Shown here in pieces: positions 19,849 to 29,247 of a DNA stretch of 64,000 bases. The position numbers and the translations under genes were made by a program. The first letter of the stretch is position 1, and each line of letters starts with the position of its first letter. This DNA is from Nitrospirota bacterium (GTDB taxonomy: Bacteria; Nitrospirota; UBA9217): contig CAVVOB010000030.1 of NCBI GenBank assembly GCA_963749655.1, forward strand, positions 289,798-353,797, given 5' to 3'. The notes below the pieces were generated by a model. The model saw only the letters and a program-made list of their open reading frames with translations, searched no databases and was not told the DNA's origin.

Positions 19849-20667
19849 ATGAAAGAACAGAAAACGGTCCATAATCTCATTCTGGTTGCGCTCCTCACGG
19901 TGTCGGCCTATTTTCTCGCAGATACGGTGGACGCCATGATCGGCCGGAGTCTTGAAGCAACTCCGACCTATGCCATGCCGGTGCAGCGCGATCGTCAGGG
20001 CCTGCAGCCCCAGCACACGATGAGCGATTATTCTTCCATCCTGGAGCGCGGGCTGTTCGGCGAGGGGAGAGGGCCGTCAGCCGGACCTGCCGCCGCAGCC
20101 GCATCAGCCTATACGCTGATCGGGACCGTGGAGGGCGAAATGTTCGCCGGCGCCGTGCTCGATGACGGCACAGGCCAGGTTTTCTACCGGATTCATCAGC
20201 GGATGCCCGACGGATCCTCCATCATCAAGGTGATGCGCGAGAAGGTCATGCTGCGAAAGTCCGACGGCACGACCGTTACGATCCAGGTCGTCGACGATAC
20301 GAAGATCGTGCCCCTTAAGAACGGCAGCGATGTGAAGCGGCTTTCGGACGGCAAGTACGTGGTCGACCAGAAGGAAGTGCTCGCCAGCACCGAGAATATG
20401 AGCCAGATCCTGACGCAGGCGAGGGCGCTTCCTTTCATAGAGCAGGGAAAGACCGTGGGGTTCAGGATCAGCGAGATCACGCCCGGAAGCATCTACGAAA
20501 AGATCGGCCTGCAGAACGGCGACGTGATCCAGAAGGTTAATGCACAGGACGTGGACGATCCGGCAAAATTCTTCCAGCTTTACCAGGGGCTCAAGAACGA
20601 GCAGAGCATCACTATCGACCTTCTTCGCGGCGGCCAGCGCCAAACCCTGAATTACGAAATTCGCTAA
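19849..20667 (+). CDS. gspC: Type II secretion protein C (with PDZ domain)
   Basis: N-terminal TM, LIGTV HR domain, GSIYEKIGLQNGDVI PDZ. First gene of the operon. Confidence 0.9.
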   Translation: MKEQKTVHNLILVALLTVSAYFLADTVDAMIGRSLEATPTYAMPVQRDRQGLQPQHTMSDYSSILERGLFGEGRGPSAGPAAAAASAYTLIGTVEGEMFAGAVLDDGTGQVFYRIHQRMPDGSSIIKVMREKVMLRKSDGTTVTIQVVDDTKIVPLKNGSDVKRLSDGKYVVDQKEVLASTENMSQILTQARALPFIEQGKTVGFRISEITPGSIYEKIGLQNGDVIQKVNAQDVDDPAKFFQLYQGLKNEQSITIDLLRGGQRQTLNYEIR

Positions 20668-20826
20668 ACCACGCCACAGAGGCATGGAAGCTAGATCCCG
20701 AACGCGAAATCCTAAACGCTCAGCAGCAGGTGCCAGCGACCTGGGAAGCATCGCGTCTGACTCCCGGCTCTTGTTTAGTATTTCGAGTTTCGGATTTAGT
20801 ATCGGAATTCCCCCTCTCTCTGTGGC
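20667..20826. repeat. Nested inverted/heptamer repeats between gspC and gspD
   Basis: GCCACAGAG...CTCTGTGGC outer arms; CGAAATCCTAAA / TTTAGTATTTCGAGTTTCGGATTTAG inner repeats. Confidence 0.5.
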
Positions 20827-20850
20827 ATATTCTTTTTCCGGAGGACAAGA

Positions 20851-22878
20851 GTGAAAAGAACTGTAGCCCTGACGCTCGTAATAGGGCTTGTGTGCGCTCC
20901 GGCATCCTACGCTCAGACGTCAGGAAAGCCGGATTCTGCGGGAACGGCCTCACCGGAGCCCGCGTCCGTCCGCCCTTCGCCGGACCAGCAGGAAGTGAAG
21001 AAACGCCGGTCAAGCGACGATTTCATAACGCTCAATTTTACGAATATCGACATCAGTGCGCTCGTCAAGGTGATGAGCGAGCTGACCCGCCGCAACTTTA
21101 TCCTCGATGAGCGCGTGACCGGCAAGGTGACGCTCATGACGCCGACGAAGATCTCCCCTGATGAGGCCTATCAGGTGTTTCTCTCGGCGCTCGAGATCAA
21201 GGGCTTCACGGCTTTTGAGGACGGCAAGGTCGTCCGGATCATCGCCGCGGCCTCGGCGCGCCAGAGCGGACTCAAGGTCGTCCAGGACGGCGACATGCGC
21301 GGGGAAGGGTTCGTGACCAAGCTTATCCGTATGAGTTACGTCAACCCCCAGGAGATCGTCCGCACGATCTCGCCGCTCGTGAGCAAGGACGGTTCCATCT
21401 TGGCCTATGCCCCGACGAACTCGGTCATCGTTACCGACACCGTGTCCAATATCAGGAAGCTCGACAGCCTTATTCATGCCATGGACACGGCTGCGCCCGA
21501 CGGCAAGGGAAAGATCAACGTCTATTATCTCAGGAACGCCAATTCCGAGGAGCTTGCCAAGATCATGCAGGCGCTCGTATCCAAGCTGCCGGTGCCGACC
21601 GCTGCCGGGGCCGCCCAGGCTGCCGGGGCCGCCAGCATCCTTGAAGGAAGCGTTTCCATCAATTCGGACAAAGCCACGAACTCGCTCATCGTCGTCGCTT
21701 CCCCCGGCGATTACGAGATTATGAAAGACGTGATCCAGAAGCTCGATATCAGGCGCCGCCAGGTCTATGTGGAGGCCGCCATCATCGAGATGAGCCTTTC
21801 AAAGCAGCGCGACCTCGGATTCGAGTTCCAGGTTCCCGTCTCCCAGAGCGCGATCGACGGCACCTCGGCGGCCGCCGTCGGAGGGACGAACTTCGGCAAC
21901 ATCGGCAATGTGGTGACCGGCGGGCCCGCCGGCCTTGCCAGCATGAACGGACTGGCCATAGGGGCGATCAAGGGCTCTTTTACGTATAACGGCACAACCT
22001 TTCTCAGTGTGGGAGCGCTTCTGCACGCCCTCCAGACCGACTCCGATGTGAATGTCCTGTCGACGCCCAATATTCTCACCATGGACAACCAGAAGGCCGA
22101 GATCATGGTCGGCCAGAACGTCCCCTTTGTGACCGGCCAGACGCAGAATGCGACGACGGGCAGCGGGACCCTGTTCAACTCCATCGAACGCAAGGACGTG
22201 GGCATTTCGCTTAAAATCACGCCCCAGATCACGTCCGACGACAACGTGCGGCTCGAAATCTACCAGGAAATCTCCGATGTGGTTCAAAGCGCCACGGCCT
22301 CGAGCAACGGCCCCACGACAAGCAAGCGCTCGGCGAGCACGACCGTCGTCGTGAAGGACCGCCAGACCATGGTCATCGGCGGCCTGATCCGCGACAACGT
22401 GGTTGCGACGACCTCGAAGGTGCCGTTCCTGGGCGATATCCCCGTCCTCGGCTGGCTTTTCAAGTCGAAGTCGACGAGGGTCGAAAAGACGAACCTCATG
22501 ATCTTCCTGACGCCCTATATCATCAAGGACGAGGCTGAGGCGAACGAGCTGACGAACATGAAAAACAAGTCTCTCGAGGATTTCCGGAAGGAGTATCGCA
22601 TCGAGAAGAAGAGCATCGAACCTACGAAGCTCAAGCCGAAGGCAGAAGGGCCGTCGGAGAAGCCGGCCGCGGCCGTGACGGCCCCCGCTGCCGCTGGTTC
22701 CGCGCCGACCGTCACTGCGGCGCCTTCCTCCGCAGCGCCCCAACAGCCGGAGGCGGTGAGCGGCGCCCCGGTCCGGAATCCTCCGGTTGTGTCAGCGCCG
22801 CCGCAGGAGCCGGCGTCCTCCCCCACAGCGACCCTGCCTCCGGGAAAGCCCGAGGCCCCGAAAGAGGACGCGCGGTGA
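20851..22878 (+). CDS. gspD: Type II secretion secretin D
   Basis: ITLNF.N.DI, LDIRRRQVYVEA, NVLSTP...DNQKAEI.VGQ and KVPFLGDIP motifs. Pro/Ala-rich tail. Confidence 0.95.
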   Translation: MKRTVALTLVIGLVCAPASYAQTSGKPDSAGTASPEPASVRPSPDQQEVKKRRSSDDFITLNFTNIDISALVKVMSELTRRNFILDERVTGKVTLMTPTKISPDEAYQVFLSALEIKGFTAFEDGKVVRIIAAASARQSGLKVVQDGDMRGEGFVTKLIRMSYVNPQEIVRTISPLVSKDGSILAYAPTNSVIVTDTVSNIRKLDSLIHAMDTAAPDGKGKINVYYLRNANSEELAKIMQALVSKLPVPTAAGAAQAAGAASILEGSVSINSDKATNSLIVVASPGDYEIMKDVIQKLDIRRRQVYVEAAIIEMSLSKQRDLGFEFQVPVSQSAIDGTSAAAVGGTNFGNIGNVVTGGPAGLASMNGLAIGAIKGSFTYNGTTFLSVGALLHALQTDSDVNVLSTPNILTMDNQKAEIMVGQNVPFVTGQTQNATTGSGTLFNSIERKDVGISLKITPQITSDDNVRLEIYQEISDVVQSATASSNGPTTSKRSASTTVVVKDRQTMVIGGLIRDNVVATTSKVPFLGDIPVLGWLFKSKSTRVEKTNLMIFLTPYIIKDEAEANELTNMKNKSLEDFRKEYRIEKKSIEPTKLKPKAEGPSEKPAAAVTAPAAAGSAPTVTAAPSSAAPQQPEAVSGAPVRNPPVVSAPPQEPASSPTATLPPGKPEAPKEDAR

Positions 22879-24563
22879 GACGGCTGCTCGGCGAGATACT
22901 TGTTGAGTCCGGGCTGTCCCAGGAACGGCTCAAAAAAGCGCTGGAACTCCAGAAGAAACGGGGCGGCCGGATCGGCGCGCTGCTGATACGGCTCAGCTTC
23001 GTGACGGAAGAAGAGGTGCTCAAGGCCCTCGGCGCGCAGCTCGGCCTGGCCTATCTGTCCGATCCCGGCGAGATCGACAGCGAGCTCGCGTTGAAGCTCC
23101 CGATCTCCTACGCAAAAAAGGCCCTGGTCCTTCCGCTTCGGCGCGACAACGGGACGATCCTCGCGGCCACGTCCGAACCGCTCAACCTTTCCATGCTGGA
23201 CGACCTTTCGGCGCTGCTCGGCGCCGATATCGCGCTCTGCCTCGTTCCTTCCGACAAGATCCTCGACCGTTTGAACCGGCTGCACAGCGAGGACATGAAC
23301 AAGGCCGAGGAGACGGTCCAGGAAATGGAGGAGGACGACCTGTCGTTCCTCGCGGCCGAGCTTGACGAGCCCACGGACCTGCTCGAAGTCACGGACGACG
23401 CCCCGATCATCCGGCTCGTCAATTCACTCCTGTCGCAGGCCATCCGCGAGCGCGCAAGCGACATCCACATCGAGCCCTTCGAGAAGGAGATGGTGGCGCG
23501 GTTCCGCATTGACGGCATCCTGTACAACATCCTTACGATCCAGAAGCGCTTCCAGGCCAGCATCGCGTCGCGCGTCAAGATCATGTCCAATCTCAACATC
23601 GCCGAGAAGCGCCTGCCCCAGGACGGCGGCATGCGGATCAAGATCGGCGGCAAGGACGTGGACATCCGCGTCTCCATCGTGCCCACGGCCTTCGGAGAGC
23701 GCATCGTGCTTCGTCTCCTCTACCGCGAGAGCGCGCTCCTGCCGCTCGACCAGATCGGCTTTTCCGGCGATACGCTCACGCGGTTCAACGAAATGATCCA
23801 GCGGCCCCACGGGATCGTGCTCGTAACGGGCCCCACGGGAAGCGGGAAAACCACGACCCTCTACGCGTCGCTCTCGCAGATCAATTCTCCCGACAAGAAC
23901 ATCATTACCATCGAGGACCCCATCGAGTACCAGCTCAAGGGCATCGGGCAGATCCAGGTGAACGCCAAGATCCAACTGACCTTTGCCGCGGGGCTCCGCT
24001 CCGTGCTCCGCCAGGACCCCGACGTGATCCTCGTGGGCGAGATCCGCGACGGGGAGACCGCCGAGATCGCGATCCAGGCGGCGCTCACCGGCCACCTCGT
24101 GTTCTCGACGCTCCATACGAATGATTCGGCCGGGGCGGTGACGCGGCTGATCGACATGAAAATCGAGCCGTTCCTGATCTCCTCGTCGGTCAATGCGATC
24201 CTGGCGCAGCGCCTTGTGCGCGTTCTCTGCTCGCAATGCCGGGAGCCCTACCAGATCACTCCCGCGGAAATTGCCGAGCTTGAGCTCAAGAGCGGCGTTG
24301 AAAACACGACCGTGTACCGCGCCAAAGGCTGCGACGCCTGCTTCCACACCGGCTATCTCGGCCGTTCGGCGATCTACGAGCTGCTCACCGTGGACGATGA
24401 TATTCGACAGCTGATCATGAAAGACACCGATGCATCCACCATCAAGTACCAGGCCATGAACAAGGGCATGCGCACGCTCAGGCAGGACGGCGCCGCAAAG
24501 GTGCTCGCGGGCATCACCTCCGTCGATGAAGTGGTGCGGGTGACGCAGAAGGAAGCGCAATAA
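22875..24563 (+). CDS. gspE: Type II secretion ATPase E
   Basis: RLLGEIL/IGALL MshEN-like N-terminus, ASDIHIEP, GPTGSGKTT, RQDPD and CxxC pairs. Confidence 0.97.
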   Translation: MRRLLGEILVESGLSQERLKKALELQKKRGGRIGALLIRLSFVTEEEVLKALGAQLGLAYLSDPGEIDSELALKLPISYAKKALVLPLRRDNGTILAATSEPLNLSMLDDLSALLGADIALCLVPSDKILDRLNRLHSEDMNKAEETVQEMEEDDLSFLAAELDEPTDLLEVTDDAPIIRLVNSLLSQAIRERASDIHIEPFEKEMVARFRIDGILYNILTIQKRFQASIASRVKIMSNLNIAEKRLPQDGGMRIKIGGKDVDIRVSIVPTAFGERIVLRLLYRESALLPLDQIGFSGDTLTRFNEMIQRPHGIVLVTGPTGSGKTTTLYASLSQINSPDKNIITIEDPIEYQLKGIGQIQVNAKIQLTFAAGLRSVLRQDPDVILVGEIRDGETAEIAIQAALTGHLVFSTLHTNDSAGAVTRLIDMKIEPFLISSSVNAILAQRLVRVLCSQCREPYQITPAEIAELELKSGVENTTVYRAKGCDACFHTGYLGRSAIYELLTVDDDIRQLIMKDTDASTIKYQAMNKGMRTLRQDGAAKVLAGITSVDEVVRVTQKEAQ

Positions 24564-24566
24564 CGG

Positions 24567-24767
24567 CAGTTTTGAGTTGTGAGTTCTTAGTTTTGAGTTG
24601 AAAAGCTGGAACAAACAACTAAGAACTTATAACTCAACACTCAAAACTGATGGCCCGATAAAGAAGTTTTGAGTTCTGAGCTTTTAGTTTTGAGTTCGCA
24701 ATTCGCTTGAAACAAGTCAGTACAGCGTTCACAACTAAGAACGTCATCACTCAACACTCAAAACTGA
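24567..24767. repeat. Two tandem heptamer-repeat hairpins between gspE and gspF
   Basis: (TTTTGAG TTGTGAG TTCTTAG)n ... (AACTAAG AACTCAA CACTCAA AACTGA), present twice. Confidence 0.85.
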
Positions 24768-24776
24768 ATTTAAACC

Positions 24777-25999
24777 ATGCCCGTTTTCGAATACAAAGGC
24801 GTTACCGCCGTCGGGAAGAAGGTCTCCGGCGTCCAGGACGGCGACAGCCTGAAGGCCGTCAAGACACGGCTGAAAAAAGAAGGGGTCATCGTCCTCGACA
24901 TCCGGGAAGGCACGTCGCTGCGCGCCGCCGGCCGCAGTACGGTCTCCTTCAGCTTCGGCAACCGGGTGAAGCTGGGCGACCTGGCCAATGCAACGCGGCA
25001 GCTCGCCACGCTGCTGTCCTCGGGACTGCCGCTGATGGATGCACTGTCCGTGCTCGTGGAGCAGGAGGAAGCCGCGCCGCTCAAGGGCGCTTTGGCCGCG
25101 GTGCGCGACAGCGTGCGGGAAGGCGCTTCGCTTGCCGACGCGCTCAAGGGCAATCCGAAGGCCTTTTCGCAACTGTACATCAACATGGTATCGGCAGGCG
25201 AGTCGAGCGGCACCCTGGAGATCACTCTCGACCGGCTCGCGGACTTTCTGGACGAACAGGTCCGGTTCCGCGGCAGGATCTCCGCCGCCCTTGCCTATCC
25301 GGCGTTCATGACCGTGATCGGCATCGGCATGCTCTTTTTCATCTTCAGCTTCGTGATGCCGCGCATCGTGGGCATGTTCGAGGACATGAAACAGCAGCTG
25401 CCGTTCATCACGACCATACTGCTCCTGGTCGTGCGGTTCCTGCAGTCGTTCTGGTGGGGGCTCATCCTGATCGCCGCCGGAGCGCGTCTATTCCTTCCGG
25501 AAGTACGCGGCAACGCACCGCGGGCAAGGAAAAGATCGATGCCCGGCTGCTCCGGCTTCCGGTCTTCGGGACCCTCATCAGGATGATCGCCGTTTCGCGG
25601 TTCACCCGGACGCTCGGCACGCTGCTGCAGAGCGGCGTGCCCACGCTGACGGCCCTCGATATCGTGAAGAATGTGATCGGCAACACGGTGCTCGCGAACG
25701 CCGTGCAGAAGGCCCGTGAGAACGTGCGCGAGGGCGAACCCATCGCCGACCCGCTCCGGAGGAGCGGCCTCTTCCCGCCGGTGGTGGTGCAGATGGTCGC
25801 GGTGGGCGAGAAGAGCGGAGAACTTGAGAAAATGCTGCTCAAGATATCCGACTCCTTCGACCGTACCGTCGAAACGCGGCTCACCGGGCTCATGGCCCTC
25901 ATGGAGCCGGTGATCATCCTCGTCATGGGGCTGATCATCGGGTTCGTCGTGATCGCGATCATGCTGCCGATGCTCGAGATGAGCTCGGGAGTGAGATGA
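24777..25999 (+). CDS. gspF: Type II secretion platform protein F (indels near 25485-25520)
   Basis: TRQLATLL.SG.PL, GESSGTL and ALAYP in one frame; RFTRTLGTLL, GEKSGEL and MEP in another. Confidence 0.92.
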
Positions 26000-26010
26000 T
26001 GTAATTAAGT

Positions 26011-26104
26011 ACGGAATGAACACGGATGAACACGGTTATGAATGCATAGAAGGTCCTTTTTTCTCCATCTGAATTTAGATACTGTGTATTATCTGTGGTT
26101 CCAA
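26011..26104. repeat. Decamer (AACACGGATG-type) inverted repeat element
   Basis: GAACACGGATGAACACGG ... CTGTGTATTATCTGTGGTTCCAA. Confidence 0.65.
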
Positions 26105-26128
26105 ATGTCTTGAAGGAGGTTTTGTGCC

Positions 26129-26562
26129 ATGAAGAATCGAAAGGCTTTACCCTCATCGAAATCATGGTGGTCATCATCATCCTCGGCCTGCTTGCCGGCC
26201 TGGTGCTGCCCAAGTTCCTGGGCCAGGAGGAAAAGGCAAAGGTCGAGGTCGCGAAGACGCAGATCCGGGCGCTCGAAGGCGCGCTGGACGCCTACAAGCT
26301 CGACAACGGCTTTTACCCGTCGTCCGATCAGGGGCTCGATGCCCTGATCAAGAAGCCGGAGACCGGACGCATCCCCGACAAATGGCGGGAGGGCGGCTAC
26401 CTCAAGCCCGCGCGAATCCCCAAGGACCCCTGGGGCAAGGACTACGTCTACATCTCCCCGGGAAGCGAGAGCAGGGAATATGAGATCGTTTCCTACGGAG
26501 CCGACGGCGAGCCCGGAGGCGACGGCAACAACGCGGACATCGAGAGTTGGAAGATGCAGTAA
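26129..26562 (+). CDS. gspG: Major pseudopilin G
   Basis: GFTLIEIMVV, YKLDNG.YP, PKDPWG and SYGADG motifs. AAGGAGG RBS precedes ATG 26129; restoring one A gives the basic leader MKNRKG|F. Confidence 0.93.
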
Positions 26563-26568
26563 AAGAAT

Positions 26569-27102
26569 ATGGGGCAAGGGGCAAGGGTCAAGGGTCAGGG
26601 AAGAACCAGTCTCAATGGGTTCACGCTCATCGAGATGATGGTGGTGCTCGCGGTGCTCGGCGTCATGCTGACGCTGATCATTCCGCGCCTCGCGGACCTG
26701 GGCGAGGCGAACCTGAAGCGGAGCGCCCGGCACCTGACGGGCATGATCCGTTTTTTGCGCGATGAGGCCCAGGCCAAGAAGAATACCTACCGGCTCCGGT
26801 TCGATGTCCAGGCCGGGCACTACTGGGCCGAGGTCATGACCCAGACAGCCGAGCAGGCCGTCGAATTCAGGCGCTGGGAGTCGGAAATGGGGACCGTGGC
26901 CGACCTGTCCGGAAGCACCGCCTTCCGCGACGTCAAGGTGAGCAGCCATCCCGACGATCCGTATATCGAGTTTTATCCCAACGGGTGGGTTGAGAGCGCG
27001 TTCATCCACCTGCGCGACGGAAGCGACAAGGATTTTACGCTTCATGTGAAACCGCTCACCGGAGATACGGAGCTTCTCGACGGATACGTGGAGGAGAAGT
27101 AG
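26569..27102 (+). CDS. gspH: Minor pseudopilin H
   Basis: G|FTLIEMMVV class III signal, FYPNG motif, operon position. Confidence 0.88.
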   Translation: MGQGARVKGQGRTSLNGFTLIEMMVVLAVLGVMLTLIIPRLADLGEANLKRSARHLTGMIRFLRDEAQAKKNTYRLRFDVQAGHYWAEVMTQTAEQAVEFRRWESEMGTVADLSGSTAFRDVKVSSHPDDPYIEFYPNGWVESAFIHLRDGSDKDFTLHVKPLTGDTELLDGYVEEK

Positions 27103-27107
27103 GGGAA

Positions 27108-27608
27108 ATGCGGAATGCGGAGTGCGGAGTGCGGAATTGCCCCTCACCCCAACCCTCTCCCCGAGGGGGAGAGGGCGTGCCTTTTATTCCGCACTCCGAC
27201 CTGTCCCCTGCGTTTACGAGTGCGGATGCACGGAGTGCGCGGGAATTCCGAATTCCGAATTCGAAAGGCTTCACCCTCCTCGAAGTAATGGTGGCCGTGG
27301 TGATCATGTCATCGGTGCTGGTCACCCTGATCGGGCTCAGCAACAACAGCGTGCAGAACGTGAAGCGCGCGGAGCAGATTACCACTGCGACCATGCTGGC
27401 AAAGAGTATGATGGCCGATACGGTCATCATCAGGCCGCGCATGCCCGTGGAAGACGAGGGCACCTTCCCTGAGGAGGAATACAAGGATTACGCCTGGAAG
27501 AAGACCATCATCGCCACCGAGGTCACCGGGATCATGGAAGTGCATGTCGCCGTGCTTTGGAAGGAAGGCGAGCGCACGGAGCAGGTGGAACTCTTGAGCT
27601 ATGAATAG
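27108..27608 (+). CDS. gspI: Minor pseudopilin I (repeat-expanded leader)
   Basis: G|FTLLEVMVAV; operon position. Confidence 0.88.
   Translation: MRNAECGVRNCPSPQPSPRGGEGVPFIPHSDLSPAFTSADARSAREFRIPNSKGFTLLEVMVAVVIMSSVLVTLIGLSNNSVQNVKRAEQITTATMLAKSMMADTVIIRPRMPVEDEGTFPEEEYKDYAWKKTIIATEVTGIMEVHVAVLWKEGERTEQVELLSYE
27140..27176. repeat. CCCTCACCCCAACCCTCTCCC-type palindromic repeat
   Basis: CCCTCACCCCAACCCTCTCCCCGAGGGGGAGAGGG hairpin inside the gspI leader. Confidence 0.7.
27186..27262 (+). repeat. ~75-bp dispersed element, copy 1
   Basis: Core CCTGTCCCC.GCGTTTACGAGTGCGGATGCA.GGAGTGCGCG.GAATTC flanked by ATTCCGC heptamers. Confidence 0.9.
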
Positions 27609-28326
27609 CATGACCGATTGCGGATTGCGGAATGCGGAATGGCAGAAAAGAGGTCGAATCAGGGATTATTTTAATCCGCAATCCGCAATCCGAATTCCGA
27701 AATTGAAAGGTTTTACGCTTTTGGAAGTGCTGATCGCCGTGGCGATCATGGCAGGCATCCTGACCGTGATCTACATGAGCTTTTTTACGGTAAGCCGGAA
27801 CATCGAGCAGGCCGAGACGACCAGGGACATGGCGGACCTGGCGCGCACTCTTATGACCAGGATGTCGGACGAAGTGGCAAACGCCTATGTGAACACCAGC
27901 ATGAATTCGCCCGTGGTCCTTACGGTTTTTTACGGCAAAAAGGTGGCGGAGGGAAACGGGGAAGACGCAAAGAGACATGACGAGCTCTCTCTTACCACGC
28001 TTACGAACTCGCCCAGGCTGAACACGAAGGAGACCGACCTCTGGGAAGTGGGCTATTTTTTCAGGCAGAAGCCGGACGGGTCGGGCTGGGTCCTGTATCG
28101 CAGGGAAAAGCGCTTGCTGAGCCCCGATACTCCCGCCCTTGAAGGCGGCGACGAGTATGAGCTTACCGACCGCGTCGATCATTTGCGGCTCCGCTACAGC
28201 ACCGGCACCGACTGGTCGGAGGAATGGGACAGCAAGACCAGACGCAACACGCCGAAGGAATTCGAGATCAACCTCGTGCTCACGGACGGTTCGGCGTACA
28301 CTACGCACGTCGAGGTGGGACGGTAG
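27601..28326 (+). CDS. gspJ: Minor pseudopilin J (repeat-expanded leader)
   Basis: G|FTLLEVLIAV, EVGY, LYRRE and W.EEWDS motifs. Confidence 0.88.
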   Translation: MNSMTDCGLRNAEWQKRGRIRDYFNPQSAIRIPKLKGFTLLEVLIAVAIMAGILTVIYMSFFTVSRNIEQAETTRDMADLARTLMTRMSDEVANAYVNTSMNSPVVLTVFYGKKVAEGNGEDAKRHDELSLTTLTNSPRLNTKETDLWEVGYFFRQKPDGSGWVLYRREKRLLSPDTPALEGGDEYELTDRVDHLRLRYSTGTDWSEEWDSKTRRNTPKEFEINLVLTDGSAYTTHVEVGR

Positions 28327-28328
28327 CA

Positions 28329-28404
28329 ATGCGGAATGCGGAATTCCCGCGCACTCCGTGCATCCGCACTCGTAAACGCCGGGGACAGGCCGGAATGCGG
28401 AATG
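28329..28404 (-). repeat. ~75-bp dispersed element, copy 2 (inverted)
   Basis: Near-identical reverse complement of 27186-27262. Confidence 0.9.
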
Positions 28405-29247
28405 CAAACCGCAGCGATGCAGAACAATCGCGGCGTGGCGCTGATCATCGTGCTGCTGGTCACGGCGCTTCTGATCGCCCTGGTTTTCGAGTTCGCCTAC
28501 GGCACGCGGATCAGCATGCGCGCGGCAATCAATTTTCGCGACAGCCAGAGGGCATACTATCTTGCCCGCTCGGGCGTGAACGGGATCGGGCTGCTGCTGA
28601 GCTATGATCTGAAGCAGAATTTGCCGCAGAACGATCTTGAGCAGCTCGACTGGACGGTTCCGCCCATCCCGCTGGCTGCCGATAGCGAGCTGCAGGTGCG
28701 CTGGGAGGACGAGAGCGGGAAGATCAATGTGAGCATCCTGACAAAAGGGAGTGACGGGTATAACCGGATGAGCCTGCTGTTCGATATCCAGGGGATCAGT
28801 CAGGAAACGCTCGACAAGATCAGCGCCTGGATGATGGAACAAAGAAAAAGCTTTTACCTGGTCACGGAGCTCCGCCAGTTTCTGAGCGACGAGGAATTTC
28901 GAAAAGTTAAGGATTTTGTGACCACGATCCAGACGAATACAACGAATAAGATCAATATCAATACCGCTCCTGCCAAGGTGCTTCAGAGTTTGGGCCTGGC
29001 CGCGTCGGATGCGAACCGGATCGTCGAGCTCAGAAAAGAACAGCCCTATTCCGACACGTCCGCAACGGGAAGAAAGATCGACACCGCGCCGGGCATGACG
29101 ACGACTATCCACGGCTGGCTGACTGATACGAGCAATGTTTTTAAAATCTATTCCTACGCCAAGGTCGGCGGATACGTAAAACAGGCGGAAGCGGTTATAA
29201 CGCGGACAGCGACGGTGTTTACCGTGAATTACTGGAGAGTATTGTGA
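28336..29247 (+). CDS. gspK: Minor pseudopilin K (start may be 28417)
   Basis: RG|VALIIVL, ARSGV, DESGKINV and KININTA motifs. Confidence 0.9.
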   Translation: MRNSRALRASALVNAGDRPECGMQTAAMQNNRGVALIIVLLVTALLIALVFEFAYGTRISMRAAINFRDSQRAYYLARSGVNGIGLLLSYDLKQNLPQNDLEQLDWTVPPIPLAADSELQVRWEDESGKINVSILTKGSDGYNRMSLLFDIQGISQETLDKISAWMMEQRKSFYLVTELRQFLSDEEFRKVKDFVTTIQTNTTNKININTAPAKVLQSLGLAASDANRIVELRKEQPYSDTSATGRKIDTAPGMTTTIHGWLTDTSNVFKIYSYAKVGGYVKQAEAVITRTATVFTVNYWRVL

